A stretch of 64,000 bases of DNA from Octopus vulgaris (Eukaryota): positions 14,136,001 to 14,200,000 of the forward strand of contig OX597827.1 in the NCBI GenBank assembly GCA_951406725.2, read 5' to 3'. The first letter of the stretch is position 1. Each line of letters begins with the position of its first letter. The notes under the pieces are model-generated. The model saw nothing but the letters and a program-made list of their open reading frames with translations. It had not been told where the DNA came from and did no database searches. A program made the translations under genes and the position numbers. Shown here one piece after another: positions 50,595 to 64,000 of the stretch.

Positions 50595-51516
50595 AACAAG
50601 AGCACTCAAAGAGCGCAAACTTCTGCCAAGGCAACACCAACGTCCTCTCAACGATTAGTCAGAGATGATTTTTAAAATGAAAATATCTGAAATAAACTCG
50701 ACTGATCTCACAAACAAGAATACTAAAAATGAACCTAACCACTCTCAAAAATTAAGTAAAAAGAAATGGGAAAATAATCCAGAATCCTTATCCAGAACCA
50801 GATCAATCCCAAAATCTAATCAGTTCATGCCAGTTATGAGGCCAAATAACCTTGAAAGTTTCATCCAAATCCATCAAGTGGTTCTTGAGATATCTTGTCC
50901 CCAGACAAACAAACAAACAAGCCAACAAACGCAACTGAAAAATAATACCTCTGCCTTTGCTACGGCGGAGGTAACAAGAGCACCCAGAGAGTGCAAACCT
51001 CTCCCAAGGCAACACCAACATCCTCTCAACGATTAGTCAGAGATGATTTTTAAAATGAGAATATCTGAAATAAACTCGACTGATCTCACAAACAAGAATA
51101 CTAAAAATTAACCTAGCCACTCTCAAAAATTAAGTAAAAAGAAACGGGAAAATAATCCAGAATCCTTATCCAGTACCGGATCAATCCCAAAATCTAATCA
51201 GTTTGGGCCAGTCATGCGGCCAAATAACCTTGAAAGTTTCATCTGAATCCATCAAGTGGTTCTTGAGATATCTTGTCCTTGGACAAACAAACAAGCCAAC
51301 GAAAACAACTGAAAATAATACCTCTGCCTTTGCTACGGCAGAGGTAACAAGAGCACACAGAGAGTGCAAACCTCTGCCAAGGCAACACCAACGTCCTCTC
51401 AACGATTAGCCAGAGATGATTTTTAAAATGAGAATATCTGAAATAAACTCGACTCCTCTCACAAACGAGAATATTAAAAAATGAACTCAACAGCTCCTAA
51501 AAATTAAGTAAAAAAA
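50595..51516 (+). mobile_element. Head-to-tail concatemer (2 full units of 378 and 373 bp, plus a partial) of a non-autonomous Helentron/HINE-like element
   Basis: Units start aacaagagcac at 50595, 50973 and 51346; 5' acctctgccaagg motif, subterminal (acaa)n and 3' hairpin acctctgcc tttgctac ggcggaggt. Confidence 0.75.
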
Positions 51517-52007
51517 GTAGAAGGCGCTGTCCGAGGTACCACTGGGACTGAACTCAAGACCACATGGTTGAGAAAAAAGTTTCTTACCATATCACCATGC
51601 ATGAAATGATACCAGATGTGCCTCAGTTTGTTTATAAGCTTTTGCATTGCTCTGAATACAAATCTTGTTTATATCTGTCTTTTAGACATCATGACTATGT
51701 ATTTCTGTAAAAAATTAGAAACTAGCTTTTCTAATGCCAAATTATATTCAAACCAATGATTGTTGACAGTAATGGTGCTGATGATGGGAAGGGAATTATC
51801 TGGGGACACCTTCTGATTGTAAAACAAATAGTTAAGTTAATGTCAGCATACTTAATTTTGTGAGACCAAATATTTTAATGCATTAAAATTGCACTGAAAG
51901 AGGAGAAGGACAACAAAAAAAAATCATTAGTTTAATATTAATTCTTCTCAAAAATAGCAGGGGAGACAACCCTGGAAATTTAATAATGAAAAGAAATAAT
52001 AACAATA

Positions 52008-52073
<66 letters not shown>

Positions 52074-52074
<1 letters not shown>

Positions 52075-52211
52075 CTGCACACATCCTACGCAGAACACTT
52101 TCCATACAGTAACCATCAGAGCATCACAACAAATCACAGAACATACCCAAGGCACACAGAGCTGCGCTCGGTAGTGAAGTGAAAGCACGCTATAAAAAAT
52201 ATACTACTGAA
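52074..52211 (+). mobile_element. R4/Dong 3' end inside (TAA)n, second copy
   Basis: Near-identical to 12850-12987 and flanked by AAT arrays (51995-52070, 52210-52320). Confidence 0.85.
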
Positions 52212-52270
52212 TAATAATGATAATAATAATAATAATAATAATGATAATAATAATAATAATAATAATAATG

Positions 52271-52324
<54 letters not shown>

Positions 52325-52942
52325 GTAATACTGCAGGTAGGAATAAGCAAAACGAAAATAAGAACCAGAGATTATACAATTTTATCTTAAATCACTTATT
52401 TGTGTTGTTTCATCCAACAGGCTTCAGACATAGGGGGAAATGCATCAATCCATTGTCCAACCAGTCATGTTCATCTGATTGTTTATTAAAAACTTAACAG
52501 GAGTGTATATTGAGGAATGGTTTTAATCTCTAGAAATTACAATGCAGACTTAGAACTGTGTGTCTGCATAGTGGACCTCCTTACCCTATAGTCATAGCTC
52601 AAACTGTTTACTGCACTTAGTATGGAAAAATTAAATCAATGACAATAAATTAAATTTTGAACATAATCAAATTATTGGCTTTAGAACATTGTGTAAGATA
52701 GTCATCGTCTCCTTTTTCGCTCTCCCCACAACTCCCTCACACGCTCTCTCTCTCGCTCTCCTCCACTTTTTCCCTCTCTCCCTTAATCTCTCTGTCTCTC
52801 CTTTCTCTCTCTTAATAACCATATACAGAAGCAACTCCTTACAACTTAATTCATAAATTTTTTTCACTTTCCAGATGTAGCCTTTTCACTTGGGAGCTGA
52901 GTTCATGAGCCAGTGTAACACACACACACACACATATATGTA

Positions 52943-53026
<84 letters not shown>

Positions 53027-55217
53027 ATGCATATGTGTGTGTGCGTGTGTCTGTCTGTCTATCTGTCTATGTGTGTGTGGACGTATGTGTGGACAGATAA
53101 ACAAGCAGACAAGCAGACAGATTGATAGGCAGACAGACAGACAGAGAGATAGATAGATAGACAGATACAAAATGATATACTGTCCTACTTTTGCAAATTT
53201 TGATATCTTTATTAGTTACAGTTTATTTTGTTTTCTTTTTTAAATAATGCATGTTATTTACTTAAATTTCTATTTTTCATTTTCATTATTTTACATTTTC
53301 CTACAAAATAAAAAAGAAAAAAAAAGAAAACACTTTGTAGCACAAACATTAAATTTCCTACTGAAAATGGACAAAAAGAAAAGAACAAAGCTGGCTATTT
53401 GTAATTTTCTTAGCACACCAAACCTTTTATTAATTTTCCCCTGGAATCTATTATTTTAATTATCTTAATAAGATTTAACATAATATCTAATTTAAACATT
53501 GTCCCTCGGTGGCAGTGGTGTAGATTTCTTGTTCTAAAATATTTTAAATATGAATAATCCACTAAGAAAGACAATTAAGTTAAAAATCAATAAATTTAGG
53601 TACAAGATAAACACTTTAAGACAAAAAAAGCCTGATAATCAAACAAAGCAAATTGCAAATTGTCGTTGACAAAAGCAAGCCAACACTTGCTGAATAAGTT
53701 ATTAGACAAACAGTTATTTCCCTTTGATTTCTTCAATTAAATTTTCAAATTTTTCAAAGAAACTAAAGAATATAGTAAGAGAATGAAGAAACAGTATTTC
53801 TTAATAGCAATTACCAAACAGCTCTTCACAAAGGTTCTTTTCAGCAAAGAAAAATCTACTAAAATGACTGGAAACATTAACAGTTTCTTTTTTCTATTTT
53901 CTTTTTCAATTAAAGGTTATCTTTATAACGGCATATTTATTACATTTTTTAAAACTTCTTTAGGTTTAATTTCAGTTTTAAATAATCAGAGACTGTTAAG
54001 TATTTATCTCGAAAGAACAATGAGATTCTCAAGGGAGAAAACTAGGTGAAAGACTCGAGCTAAAAGAATTTTTATCCAAGAATAATTAGATAAGCCAGTC
54101 TTTTTTTCATATTTCTTCTTAGTCTTCCATTTTTGTTTGTTTTTGAAGAGTTTAATCTTTAAAGATAGTTGTCATTTATTTATTTATTTATTTTTCTTTG
54201 TCTCTTAATTCTTCTTGGCTTTGGTGCTCAGCTTTTGTTTTTTAAGAAGCAAGTTGTTTATTTACGACATTTTTTTTTTATTAATTATTCATTAGTTTTA
54301 TCTTTTTGTTTTCTTTCTTTCTTTCTTTCTTTCTTTCTAGTAGTCGAAACTGTTTGTGGCAAACGACCATCCACAATCTGGCAAATTGCTTTTAGCTTTA
54401 TGATTTATTTATGTAAATTTCCCCAAAAAAGAGTCTGATTTGCCTTTCAGTTTTTTTGTATTTCTTTCAGTTTTTATTCCAAACTTCAAATAAAGGCTTC
54501 ACTTTTTTTTTACCATTTCTAATTCCTCATCACCATCACCATCACCATCACCATAACAATCAAACTCAACAGAAAGAAATGTCTCAATCTGATACTTTTT
54601 ACTTAGTTTTCTTAACCAACATATATATATATATAAAAAAAACAACAAAAACAACAACATTGAAGTTAAGTTAATGAATTAAGTGAACGCAATGTAGAAC
54701 AATGTTCTTTCTGGAACAACTCCAACCATTTCTAATACAACCTTATTCATCTATAAGAGGTTACATTGATTTCTCTATTGTCCATTTTCAATAGACTCCT
54801 TTCCTCTCCAGCTCCTTTGAATTATTGTTTTGATGGCCATAATCTGGAGAGCTAGCTTTCTTGTATGTTGTGTCTCAACTAGCAACCACAGCCCCTTACT
54901 CAAGCTCCCATCACTAACCGTCTAGTCAGTAACAAAAAGTAGAAATAAAAAAAAAAAATGACATCTTTACAGTTAGCTTTTCAAAGAATGACTGGGAAAT
55001 TGAAATATCTAAAGTGTTCTCTTAATGGCTCTTTTTATATTAAGACATAAAAGATAGGTCAAATGCAATTATTGTGGCATCTTGGTAAAGTATTTTCAGT
55101 CATTTAAAACACACATTCGCTTATACTCATTTCTTTATACCTTTCTTGTAGATCGGTCTTTTATTCTACGCATACATCTATGCTTTAATAAATTTTTTTT
55201 GTGTGTCTTTTATTTTC

Positions 55218-55218
55218 A

Positions 55219-55272
<54 letters not shown>

Positions 55273-55359
55273 CGTTATTATTATTATCATCATTATATAT
55301 GAACCCCGCCACACACTTTATGGCTGTCTTTTTTTTTTGTTTGTATCTGGTAAATAAAG

Positions 55360-55392
<33 letters not shown>

Positions 55393-55565
55393 CCACCACC
55401 ATTATCATCAGCATCACCACCACCACCACCACCATCATCATCATCACCACCATTATCATCATCATCATCACCATTATCATCATCATCATCATCATCAAAT
55501 CGTCGTCATCGTCAACCATCATCATCATCATCATCATCATCATCATTATCACCATCATCATCACC

Positions 55566-55597
<32 letters not shown>

Positions 55598-55672
55598 CAC
55601 CATCATCATCATCACCGTCATCATCATCATCATCATCATCATCATCACCACCCCCACCATCATCTACATCAA
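55218..55672. repeat. (TAT)n and (CAT/CAC)n microsatellites
   Basis: Direct observation. Confidence 0.9.
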
Positions 55673-56322
55673 CAGCAACAACTTCATTATTAGTTAGTTA
55701 AAGGAATAAATGGAGCAACACACGCCACACACACCTGCACACACCTGCACACACACACACACCTGCACACACCTACACACACACACACACTCAGATATAC
55801 ACCTGACCTTTGCAGGTTCTCCCAGACTGGTGAGGTCGGTGTGGTTAATGTTCAGCTTGAACTTCTATACAAACGGGGTTCAAACAATGGACTTTCAGCT
55901 CCCATTCTGTGAGAGAAGAAGCGATATCAAATATTTCAAGCAGAACACTTTGTCAGAGACAGATGAAATGTCAACTAGTGTTGAAAGATAAATAAATTTA
56001 GGAGTAGAGAAGGTGGTAGGAGGAGGAAGAGTTATCATAACTAACTTCTCTAGATTGATGTTTGGTGAAGAAATATAAGCAGGATTGGGCAGGATTGGAT
56101 TTTTTTTTTTTGGTTGGGGACACAATTCTGTGTAGGAATTATTGAAAATAGTTATTGTCTTGGGTCAACCCTGACTGAACAGATCTATTGTTATCAGAGG
56201 CATTCTAGTGATGACCATCTCTGTCTTTTCTATATCTGACTCTGACATAGTATATCTCAAATTACATGGACCAATATTTCCTGTAATTAAGGCAGTGAGA
56301 TGGCAGAATCATTAGTATGATT

Positions 56323-56507
56323 AGGCGCAGGAGTGGCTGTGAGGTGCAGGAGTTGCTGTGTGGTAAGTAGCTTGCTAACCAACCACATGGTTCCGGGTTC
56401 AGTCCCACTGCGTAGCATCTTGGGCAAGTGTCTTCTGCTACAGCCCCGGGCCGACCAATGCCTTGTGAGTGGATTTGGTAGATGGAAACTGAAAGAAGCC
56501 TGTCGTA

Positions 56508-56552
<45 letters not shown>

Positions 56553-56780
56553 GTGTGTGTGTGTGTCTGTGTTTGTCCTCCTAGCATTGCTTGACAACCG
56601 ATGCTGGTGTGTTTACGTCCCCGTCACTTAGCGGTTCGGCAAAAGAGACCGATAGAATAAGCACTGGGCTTACAAAGAATAAGTCCCAAGGTCGATTTGC
56701 TCGACTAAAGGCGGTGCTCCAGCATGGCCGCAGTCAAAATGACTGAAACAAGTAAAAGAGTAAAAAAGAGAGAGAGTAAA
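56323..56780 (+). mobile_element. SINE family A with duplicated 5' head, inserted in an old family B copy
   Basis: ggcgcaggagtggctgtg-aggtgcaggagttgctgtg tandem head; consensus body. Confidence 0.88.
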
Positions 56781-57120
56781 GTATGCCAGGAAAAATGCTT
56801 AGCAACATTTCATCCGTGTTTACGTTCTGAGTTCAAATCCTGCCAGGGTCGACTTTGCCTTGAATCTTTCCAAGATCAATAAAATGTCAGTTGAGCACTG
56901 GGGTTGATGTAATTGATTTATCTTCTCTCAAGTCTTGCTGACCATCTACCAAAGTTTGGAACTGATATTTACTGTAATCAAGGTGGTGAACTGACAGAAT
57001 CATTAGTACACCAGGCAAAATGCTTCGCAGAATTGCATCCATTTTGATGTCCTGAGTTCAGATTCTTACAGAATGTGAACTGAAAAGAGACCTATTAACT
57101 TACTACAATAAACCAGTCTA

Positions 57121-57345
57121 ACCCTTTAGTATTCAACCTGGCCGTATTAGGCCCAAATATTCTGCCTGTTTTATTGTTCAAACTGACAAGATCAGGCCTT
57201 TCACACCTACCTTACAATGTTATTCTAAAAATATACAATCACTTCATTGAAATCACAAAGCTACAAATTAATGTATGATAAATTCAAAACAAGGTGAATA
57301 AATAAGCATTACATTTGACAAAGTAATTTGAATGCTAAGGGATTA
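57121..57345. mobile_element. piggyBac-type MITE
   Basis: Homologous to 44222-44442. Confidence 0.7.
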
Positions 57346-57719
57346 AGAGGAAACTTCTTCTCCAAGAGATGTATAATGGAGGCTTGTTTGTTGATATCAA
57401 GGTCTTCATAAAGACATGGGGCAAAAAGATAAGAGAGAAAGAAAACCGAAAACAAGTGTGTCCCTCACACAAAACAAAGGATTGCCACACACAAGTCAAG
57501 AAGCAAGCTTTACGACCAGGTAAATTCAGGTTCAGTCCCACCTTGGGCAAGTGTCTTTTACTAAAGCTCTAGGCCAATCAATGTCTCGGGAGTAAATATG
57601 ATAGATAGAAACTGTGTGGAAGCCCATCATGTACGCGTGTAGGGTGATTGTGTGTGTATGTTCAAGGTGGTGCCCAAGCATAGCCGCAATGTAATGACAG
57701 AACCAAATAAAAGATAAAA

Positions 57720-58365
57720 TTCTCTTATTCTTTTACTTGTTTCAGTCATTTGATTGTGGCCATGCTCGAACACCACCTTGAGGGGTTTTAATAGAACAAG
57801 TCAACCCAAGGACTTATTCTTTTTAAAGCCTAGTACTTATTCTATTGTTCTCTTTTACCAAACTGCTACTTTACAGGGACATATGCTCACCAACACTGGT
57901 TGTCAAGAAGTGATGGGGGACATATACAAGCACAAAGTCATATACTCATAGATATATACACATATATACAACAGACTTCCTTCAGTTTCTGTCTACTAAA
58001 TCCACTCACAAGGATTTAGTCAGCCTGAAGCAATAGTAGAAGTCACTTGCCGAAGGTGTCCACACAGTGGGATGGAACCCAGAACATGTGGTTAGGAAGT
58101 AAGCATCTTATTTCTTTATTGCCCACAAGGGGCTAAACATAGAGGGGACAAACAAGGACAGACAAATGGATTAAGTCGATTACATCGACCCCAGTGCGTA
58201 ACTGGTACTTAATTTATTGACCCTGAAAGGATGAAAGGCAAAATCTACCTTAGCAGAATTTGAACTCAGAACGTAAAGACAGACGAAATACCACTAAGCA
58301 TTTTGCCCAGCATGCTAACGCTTCTGCCAGCTCACTGCCCTTACCACACAGCCATACCTGTGGCT
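57720..58365 (-). mobile_element. Old family A SINE with a family B SINE (58108-58340) nested in its head
   Basis: Consensus matches; head resumes (ttaccacacagcca) after the insert. Confidence 0.75.
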
Positions 58366-58397
58366 ATGAGTGATATATATATATATATATATATATC

Positions 58398-58674
58398 AGG
58401 TGATTACGTGACCGACCAAGCTATCAGATGTTGCTACACATCGCTGGTCACAATGCGCTTCGCATTGTTTTAGCCTTCAAATGACGCCACCTCGCTGGCC
58501 AAGCGGGCAGGCCAACAGGAAGAAAGAGTGAGAGAAGGTTGCGGCGAAAGAGTACAGGAGGTGCCTTTAGGTGTTTTCGCTCAATAAACACACACAACGC
58601 CCGATCTGGGAATCGAAACCGCGATCTTCAGACCGTGAGTCCGCTGCCCTAAGCACTGGGCCATTGTGCCTCCA
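58398..58674 (-). mobile_element. SINE family C (tail type 2)
   Basis: Tail matches 23285-23398. Confidence 0.85.
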
Positions 58675-58681
58675 CACACAC

Positions 58682-58759
<78 letters not shown>

Positions 58760-59293
58760 GTATATATATATATATATATACGTGTGTATATATATATACG
58801 TGTATATATATGCTTACTCAAGAGGCTTCCACACAAGATTGAACCAAGAACCATGTGTCATTAGAAAGGCAAACTCTGGAAAAACACTGCTAAAAAATCT
58901 AAACTAGAAATAAATATGTAGTAAGAAGAAAACTTAATTAATAGCCAGCAACTAATATTATTTTCTTCTTTGATTTTACTCAACAAGTTTAGGAAACAAC
59001 TTGTGACTGGTTTCTACAGTTTGCTGGCTTCTTCAGCTGCAAGGAATGTTATACTTTACAGAAGAAGCCAGAAAAAATATAGAAACATTGCTTGGAGTTG
59101 TTTTTCTGTACTTGCCAGAAAAATGAAATACATATATATATATAAATATGCATACATATATACATTTTTTATGTGTGTGTGCATGTGTGCACAAGCGCGT
59201 GTTTGTACATACATTCACACACACAGACATTATATATATATACATACACACACACACACACATACATTTATATACACATATATATATATACAC

Positions 59294-59324
<31 letters not shown>

Positions 59325-59472
59325 TATATATATATATCATCATCATCATCATTGCTTAACGTCCACCTTCTATGATGGATGTATATATAAATATATATCT
59401 TAATCTTTCATCATTATCTCTTACTGGTTTCATCCAAAGGATGAGGCCTTACTGGGGCACCGACTTCAATAT

Positions 59473-59593
<121 letters not shown>

Positions 59594-59994
59594 TATATAC
59601 ACACACACGTGTGTGTGTGTGTTTTGTTTATGTATATATATATATACATACATATATACACACATGTGTGTGTGTGTGTGTATATATATATATACATATA
59701 TAAACACACATACACACACACACATATATCTTAGTTATTGACGAATATTTTTCGTTATTGCGTGTTTATTTCCATTTTTATTTTATGTGTCATGCGTAAA
59801 ATACACCAACAGCAGCAAATGTTTTTTTATTGTTTGTCTAAACTATATAAAAAAAACATTTTTCCAAAGGTAAAAAGCTACTATGGACCATTACAATATC
59901 ACCAGCAACTACATGAGCTAATGTATATGTTTTGATACAGCTGCATAACCTGCTAGAAATTATAGTCACATCTCACTCAAATCACAACCTACTA

Positions 59995-60860
59995 TCTTTT
60001 ACCTTTAATATTTGTTTTAGTCACTTTGACTGCAGCCATGCTGGAGCACCATATTAATAGGTCTTTTTAGTCAAACAAATTGACCCCAGGACCTGATTTC
60101 TTAAACCTAGTACTTATTCTATCAGTCCCTTTTTCTGAAATTCTTAGTTACAGGGACATAAACACACCAACACCAGTGGTGGGGCACAAACACAGACACA
60201 AAGACACACACATAGATATATATATACATACACTCACACACACACACATGCACAAACACACATAGATTCCTTTCTACTATAAGCACAAGGCCTGAAATTT
60301 GTGGGGAGGGGGCAAGCTGATTACCTCGACCCCAGTGTTTCACTGGTGTTTAATTTATCAACCCTGAAAGGATGAAAGGCAAAGTTGACCCAGCAGCATT
60401 TGAACTCAGAATGTGAAGATGGACGAAATACCTATTTCTTTATTACCCACAAGGGGCTAAACACAGAGGGGACAAACAAGGAGAGACAAACGGATTAAGT
60501 TGATTATATCGACCCCAGTGCGTAACTGGTACTTATTTAATCGACCCCTAAAGGATGAAAGGCAAAGTTGACCTCAGCAGAATTTGAACTCAGAACATAG
60601 CGACAGACAAAATACCGCGAAGCATTTTGCCCGGCGCGCTAACGTTTCTGCCAGCTCGCTGCCTTCACACACATATATATATATATATTGACAGGCTCCT
60701 TTCAGTTTCCATCTACTAAATCCACTCAAGGCTTTGACCAGCCTGAGCTTTGGTCAGTCCGAGCCTATAGTAGAAGACGCTTTCCCAAGGTGCCATAAAA
60801 AATGGGATGGATGCTGTACCATGTGTTGGGGACCGAGCTTCTTATCACACAGCCAAGCAT
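59995..60860 (-). mobile_element. Old family A SINE containing two tandem family B SINEs (60270-60665)
   Basis: Consensus matches. Confidence 0.75.
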
Positions 60861-61611
60861 GCACCATCTTAAAAACAGGGCAAGCCAATGAGAAAGCCAC
60901 TAATTGGTTGCTTGAGCTGCTAAAAATAGCAGCTAAATCTCCCTCAAATGAAATATTCAATCAAATAAGGAAGGACACTGAATAATGTAGTCACTCATAA
61001 ATAATATAAAAGACAAGATGGTCACAGCTGGAATGGCAGATGATAGGTCTGCAGTCATATCTCACCAAGTGTTAAACAACAGGAACAATCACAAAACTAT
61101 CTTAAAAATCACTTACTCAACAATATTATAAACTAATATTATATTAATATCTATGCGTGTAGGTAGCTATATACATATACATTTATACACTTATACACAT
61201 ACACATGTACTTACATACCTTATATATACACACATATATGTATGCCCATATGTGTATAAGAACACCGATATATAATTGTGCACACATGCATACACACACA
61301 TACACACACACACACACATACTTACATATATGTATATGCATGCATATATACATACATAATCATCATGATATAACATCTGTTTTCCACCCTGGAATGGGTT
61401 GGATGGTTTGATATGAGGTGGCAGGACACCAGACTTGATCTTCTGTTCTGGCATGGTTTCCATGGCAAGATACCCTTCCTAACACCATCCACTTTACCTC
61501 ATGTACAGGTTGCTTTTTACACAACACCACCACCATTTCTTTTTATGTGGCACCGTCACCAGTGCTTTTTACATGTCACTATCACTAGCGCTTTCTGCAT
61601 GGCACCAGCAT

Positions 61612-61650
<39 letters not shown>

Positions 61651-61906
61651 TATAGATAAAGATATATAGATATAAAATCTTAGGGAATAAAAAAAGTATC
61701 TATTTTCTCCACATAATAATAACAGGTAAGTTATATAGATTTTTTCAAATATTTTTTTAAATAATTTTATTGTATGTTATAGTAGGTTTTTTAAATGCTT
61801 ATATTATTTTATTGGATATAACTTTCAATGTGTATTCCATACAATAAGGTTATCCTGAAATAGGAGTTGTGGCTCTATTGGTAAAATCCCAAATTTGTAA
61901 TAATAT

Positions 61907-61939
<33 letters not shown>

Positions 61940-62032
61940 ATATTGATAGAAATAGGTAAGACAACAAAAGAATGAAAGAGACCTCAATATTATGTAGATA
62001 GAGGAATTTATCTGTAATTTTTTCGATGGCCA

Positions 62033-62093
62033 GATAACTGAAGAGATGGCGGCATGGGTTTCCACCCTGTCATCTAAAACTCAGAGTTTTATC
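62033..62093 (+). ncRNA. Degenerate hammerhead-like motif
   Basis: GAUAA-CUGAAGA-GAUGGCGG..CUGUCAUC-UAAA-ACUCAGAGU-U-UUAUC: stems I, II and III pair, but G12 is missing. Confidence 0.45.
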
Positions 62094-62095
62094 AT

Positions 62096-62158
<63 letters not shown>

Positions 62159-62777
62159 GGATGGATGGATGGATGGATGGATGGACACACGCACACATAC
62201 CTGGCTGGTTAAGAAGCTCGCTTCCCAAGTGTGTGGTTTTGGATTAATCTCATATCATGATATCTTGGGAAACTGTGTTCTACTGTAGCTCCAGGCTGAG
62301 CAAAGCCTTTTGAATTCATTTTGTTGACAGAAACTGAAAGAAGTATATCCCACGTGTGTGTGTGTATGTGTGTGCACGCGCATGTGTGTATGTGTATGGG
62401 TGGGTGTGTTTCGACATAATGCAATTGTTCTAAGCAAGCATCACAATGTCACTATCACACATTCAATGTTGTTTGTATTCAGTCTTTTGTGGAAAAAACA
62501 TTTTCTGGCTATGAAGAACCAGGTGAGGGTTGCTGACAAGAATGTCACCCAACTGTTGAGAAATCTACCTCAACAAATTGTATCTGACCTGAGCAAGCTT
62601 AGGAAAGTGGATGTTAAGATGATATGACAACAATGATGATAATGATGGTGATGATGATGATGTCCTCAAGTAAATTTCACAAATACTCAAACAAGCTGAA
62701 CTTGGGACTTACAGAGTTTTACCAAAGAAATTTCTTTACCTCAAAGTATTAAAAACGTTTTCATAAACAAAACTTAT

Positions 62778-63172
62778 CAGGAGTGGCTGTGTGGTATATA
62801 AGCTTGCTAACCAACCACATGGTTCCAGGTTCAGTCCCACTGCGTGGCATCTTGGGCAAGTGTCTTCTGCTATAGCCCCGGGCCGACCAATGCCTTGTGA
62901 GTGGATTTGGTAGACGGAAACTGAAAGAAGCCCGTCGTATATATGTATATGTATGTATGTGTGTATATTTGTGTGTCTGTGTTTGTCCCTCTAGCATTGC
63001 TTGACAACCGATGCTGGTGTGTTTACGTCCCCGTCACTTAGCGGTTCGGCTAAAGAGACTGATAGAATAAGTACTGGGCTTACAAAGAATAAGTTCCGGA
63101 GTCGATTTGCTCGACTAAAGGTGGTGCTCCAGCATGGCCGCAGTCAAATGACTGAAACATGCAAAAGAGTAA
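62778..63172 (+). mobile_element. SINE family A
   Basis: Consensus match. Confidence 0.9.
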
Positions 63173-63812
63173 TGTCTACATGTTTTTTTCTTTGCCTTTT
63201 AACAAACTCAGCGTTTGTTTATCAACCAAAATAATTCTGATGCCATATATTTTATCCAGCAACATTTTCGTTTTATTTTTAATTTTTTTTTTTTTTTGGG
63301 ATAGCAAGCTGCCAGCCTAATCACTTTTGCTTCATTTCCTCACTGTCTTGAAATCTTGTTGATGCAGATTTCCAATTCAGTTTTTTCTACCATGGTCATT
63401 GACCTCTGAGGTGTAGTGAGACAACCACACTGCACACTTTACTTCAGAGCACTGCTATAAACAACAGAAGTGAGCAAGAATGTTATAACTTAGAGCGGCG
63501 ACCTGGTGGAATCGTTAGCATGCCGGGCAAAATGCTTAGCAGTATCTCGTCAGCCACTATGTTCTGTGACAATGTCGGGGCACCACCTTCAAGAGTTTCA
63601 GTCGAACAAATTGACCCTAGTACTTGCATTCTAAAAGTGTTTGTATATAAAATACAAAATGGGACTAGAACGCAAAGCATCCAGACAATTAGGTGATACA
63701 AAAATGGGACAACAAAACATCCAGATAGACGATATAAAGAAAACAAGGACGGGTCAGTCGAAGTTTTCTTTCCTCAGTCAAGTACCAGATTATCTTCGCA
63801 ATTTCAGCCGAC

Positions 63813-63929
<117 letters not shown>

Positions 63930-64000
63930 AAGATAGTGTAATAATAATAATAATATGGCTGGATACTGTTTTTATTTATGTAAAATGTCAAAGTGCTCAA

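Noticed and set aside
63180-63490. Possible Tc1 transposase C-terminal remnant
   Set aside because: Too degenerate to support without an alignment.

Overview
AT-rich, microsatellite- and retroposon-dense eukaryotic DNA, most likely from a coleoid cephalopod such as Octopus (inferred from the protocadherin type and the SINE families). The only convincing protein-coding region is a minus-strand protocadherin exon (ATG 8695 to ORF stop 6305). It encodes a signal peptide, six cadherin repeats, a TM helix and the start of the cytoplasmic tail, and is bounded by a splice acceptor (8730/8729) and a phase-0 donor (6314/6313). Most of the rest is repeats: three tRNA-derived SINE families in many copies; 3' fragments of CR1, RTE, HERO and R4/Dong LINEs; hAT, piggyBac and mariner MITEs; a tandem Helentron-like concatemer; and Penelope-like remnants. 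The main things to follow up are: (i) several minimal hammerhead ribozyme motifs, one with an intact core directly behind a Penelope GIY-YIG C-terminus at 49091-49133(-), others in tandem or fold-back pairs; (ii) a three-way inverted duplication upstream of the protocadherin exon with mutually exclusive pairing potential; (iii) a SINE whose one head and body carries four different 3' tails; (iv) candidate non-coding and terminal exons; (v) a degenerate Ca2+ linker at EC3-EC4. Nearly all other ORFs in the track are microsatellite or SINE artefacts. Repeat boundaries were read by eye and are approximate unless a TSD or TIR is quoted.
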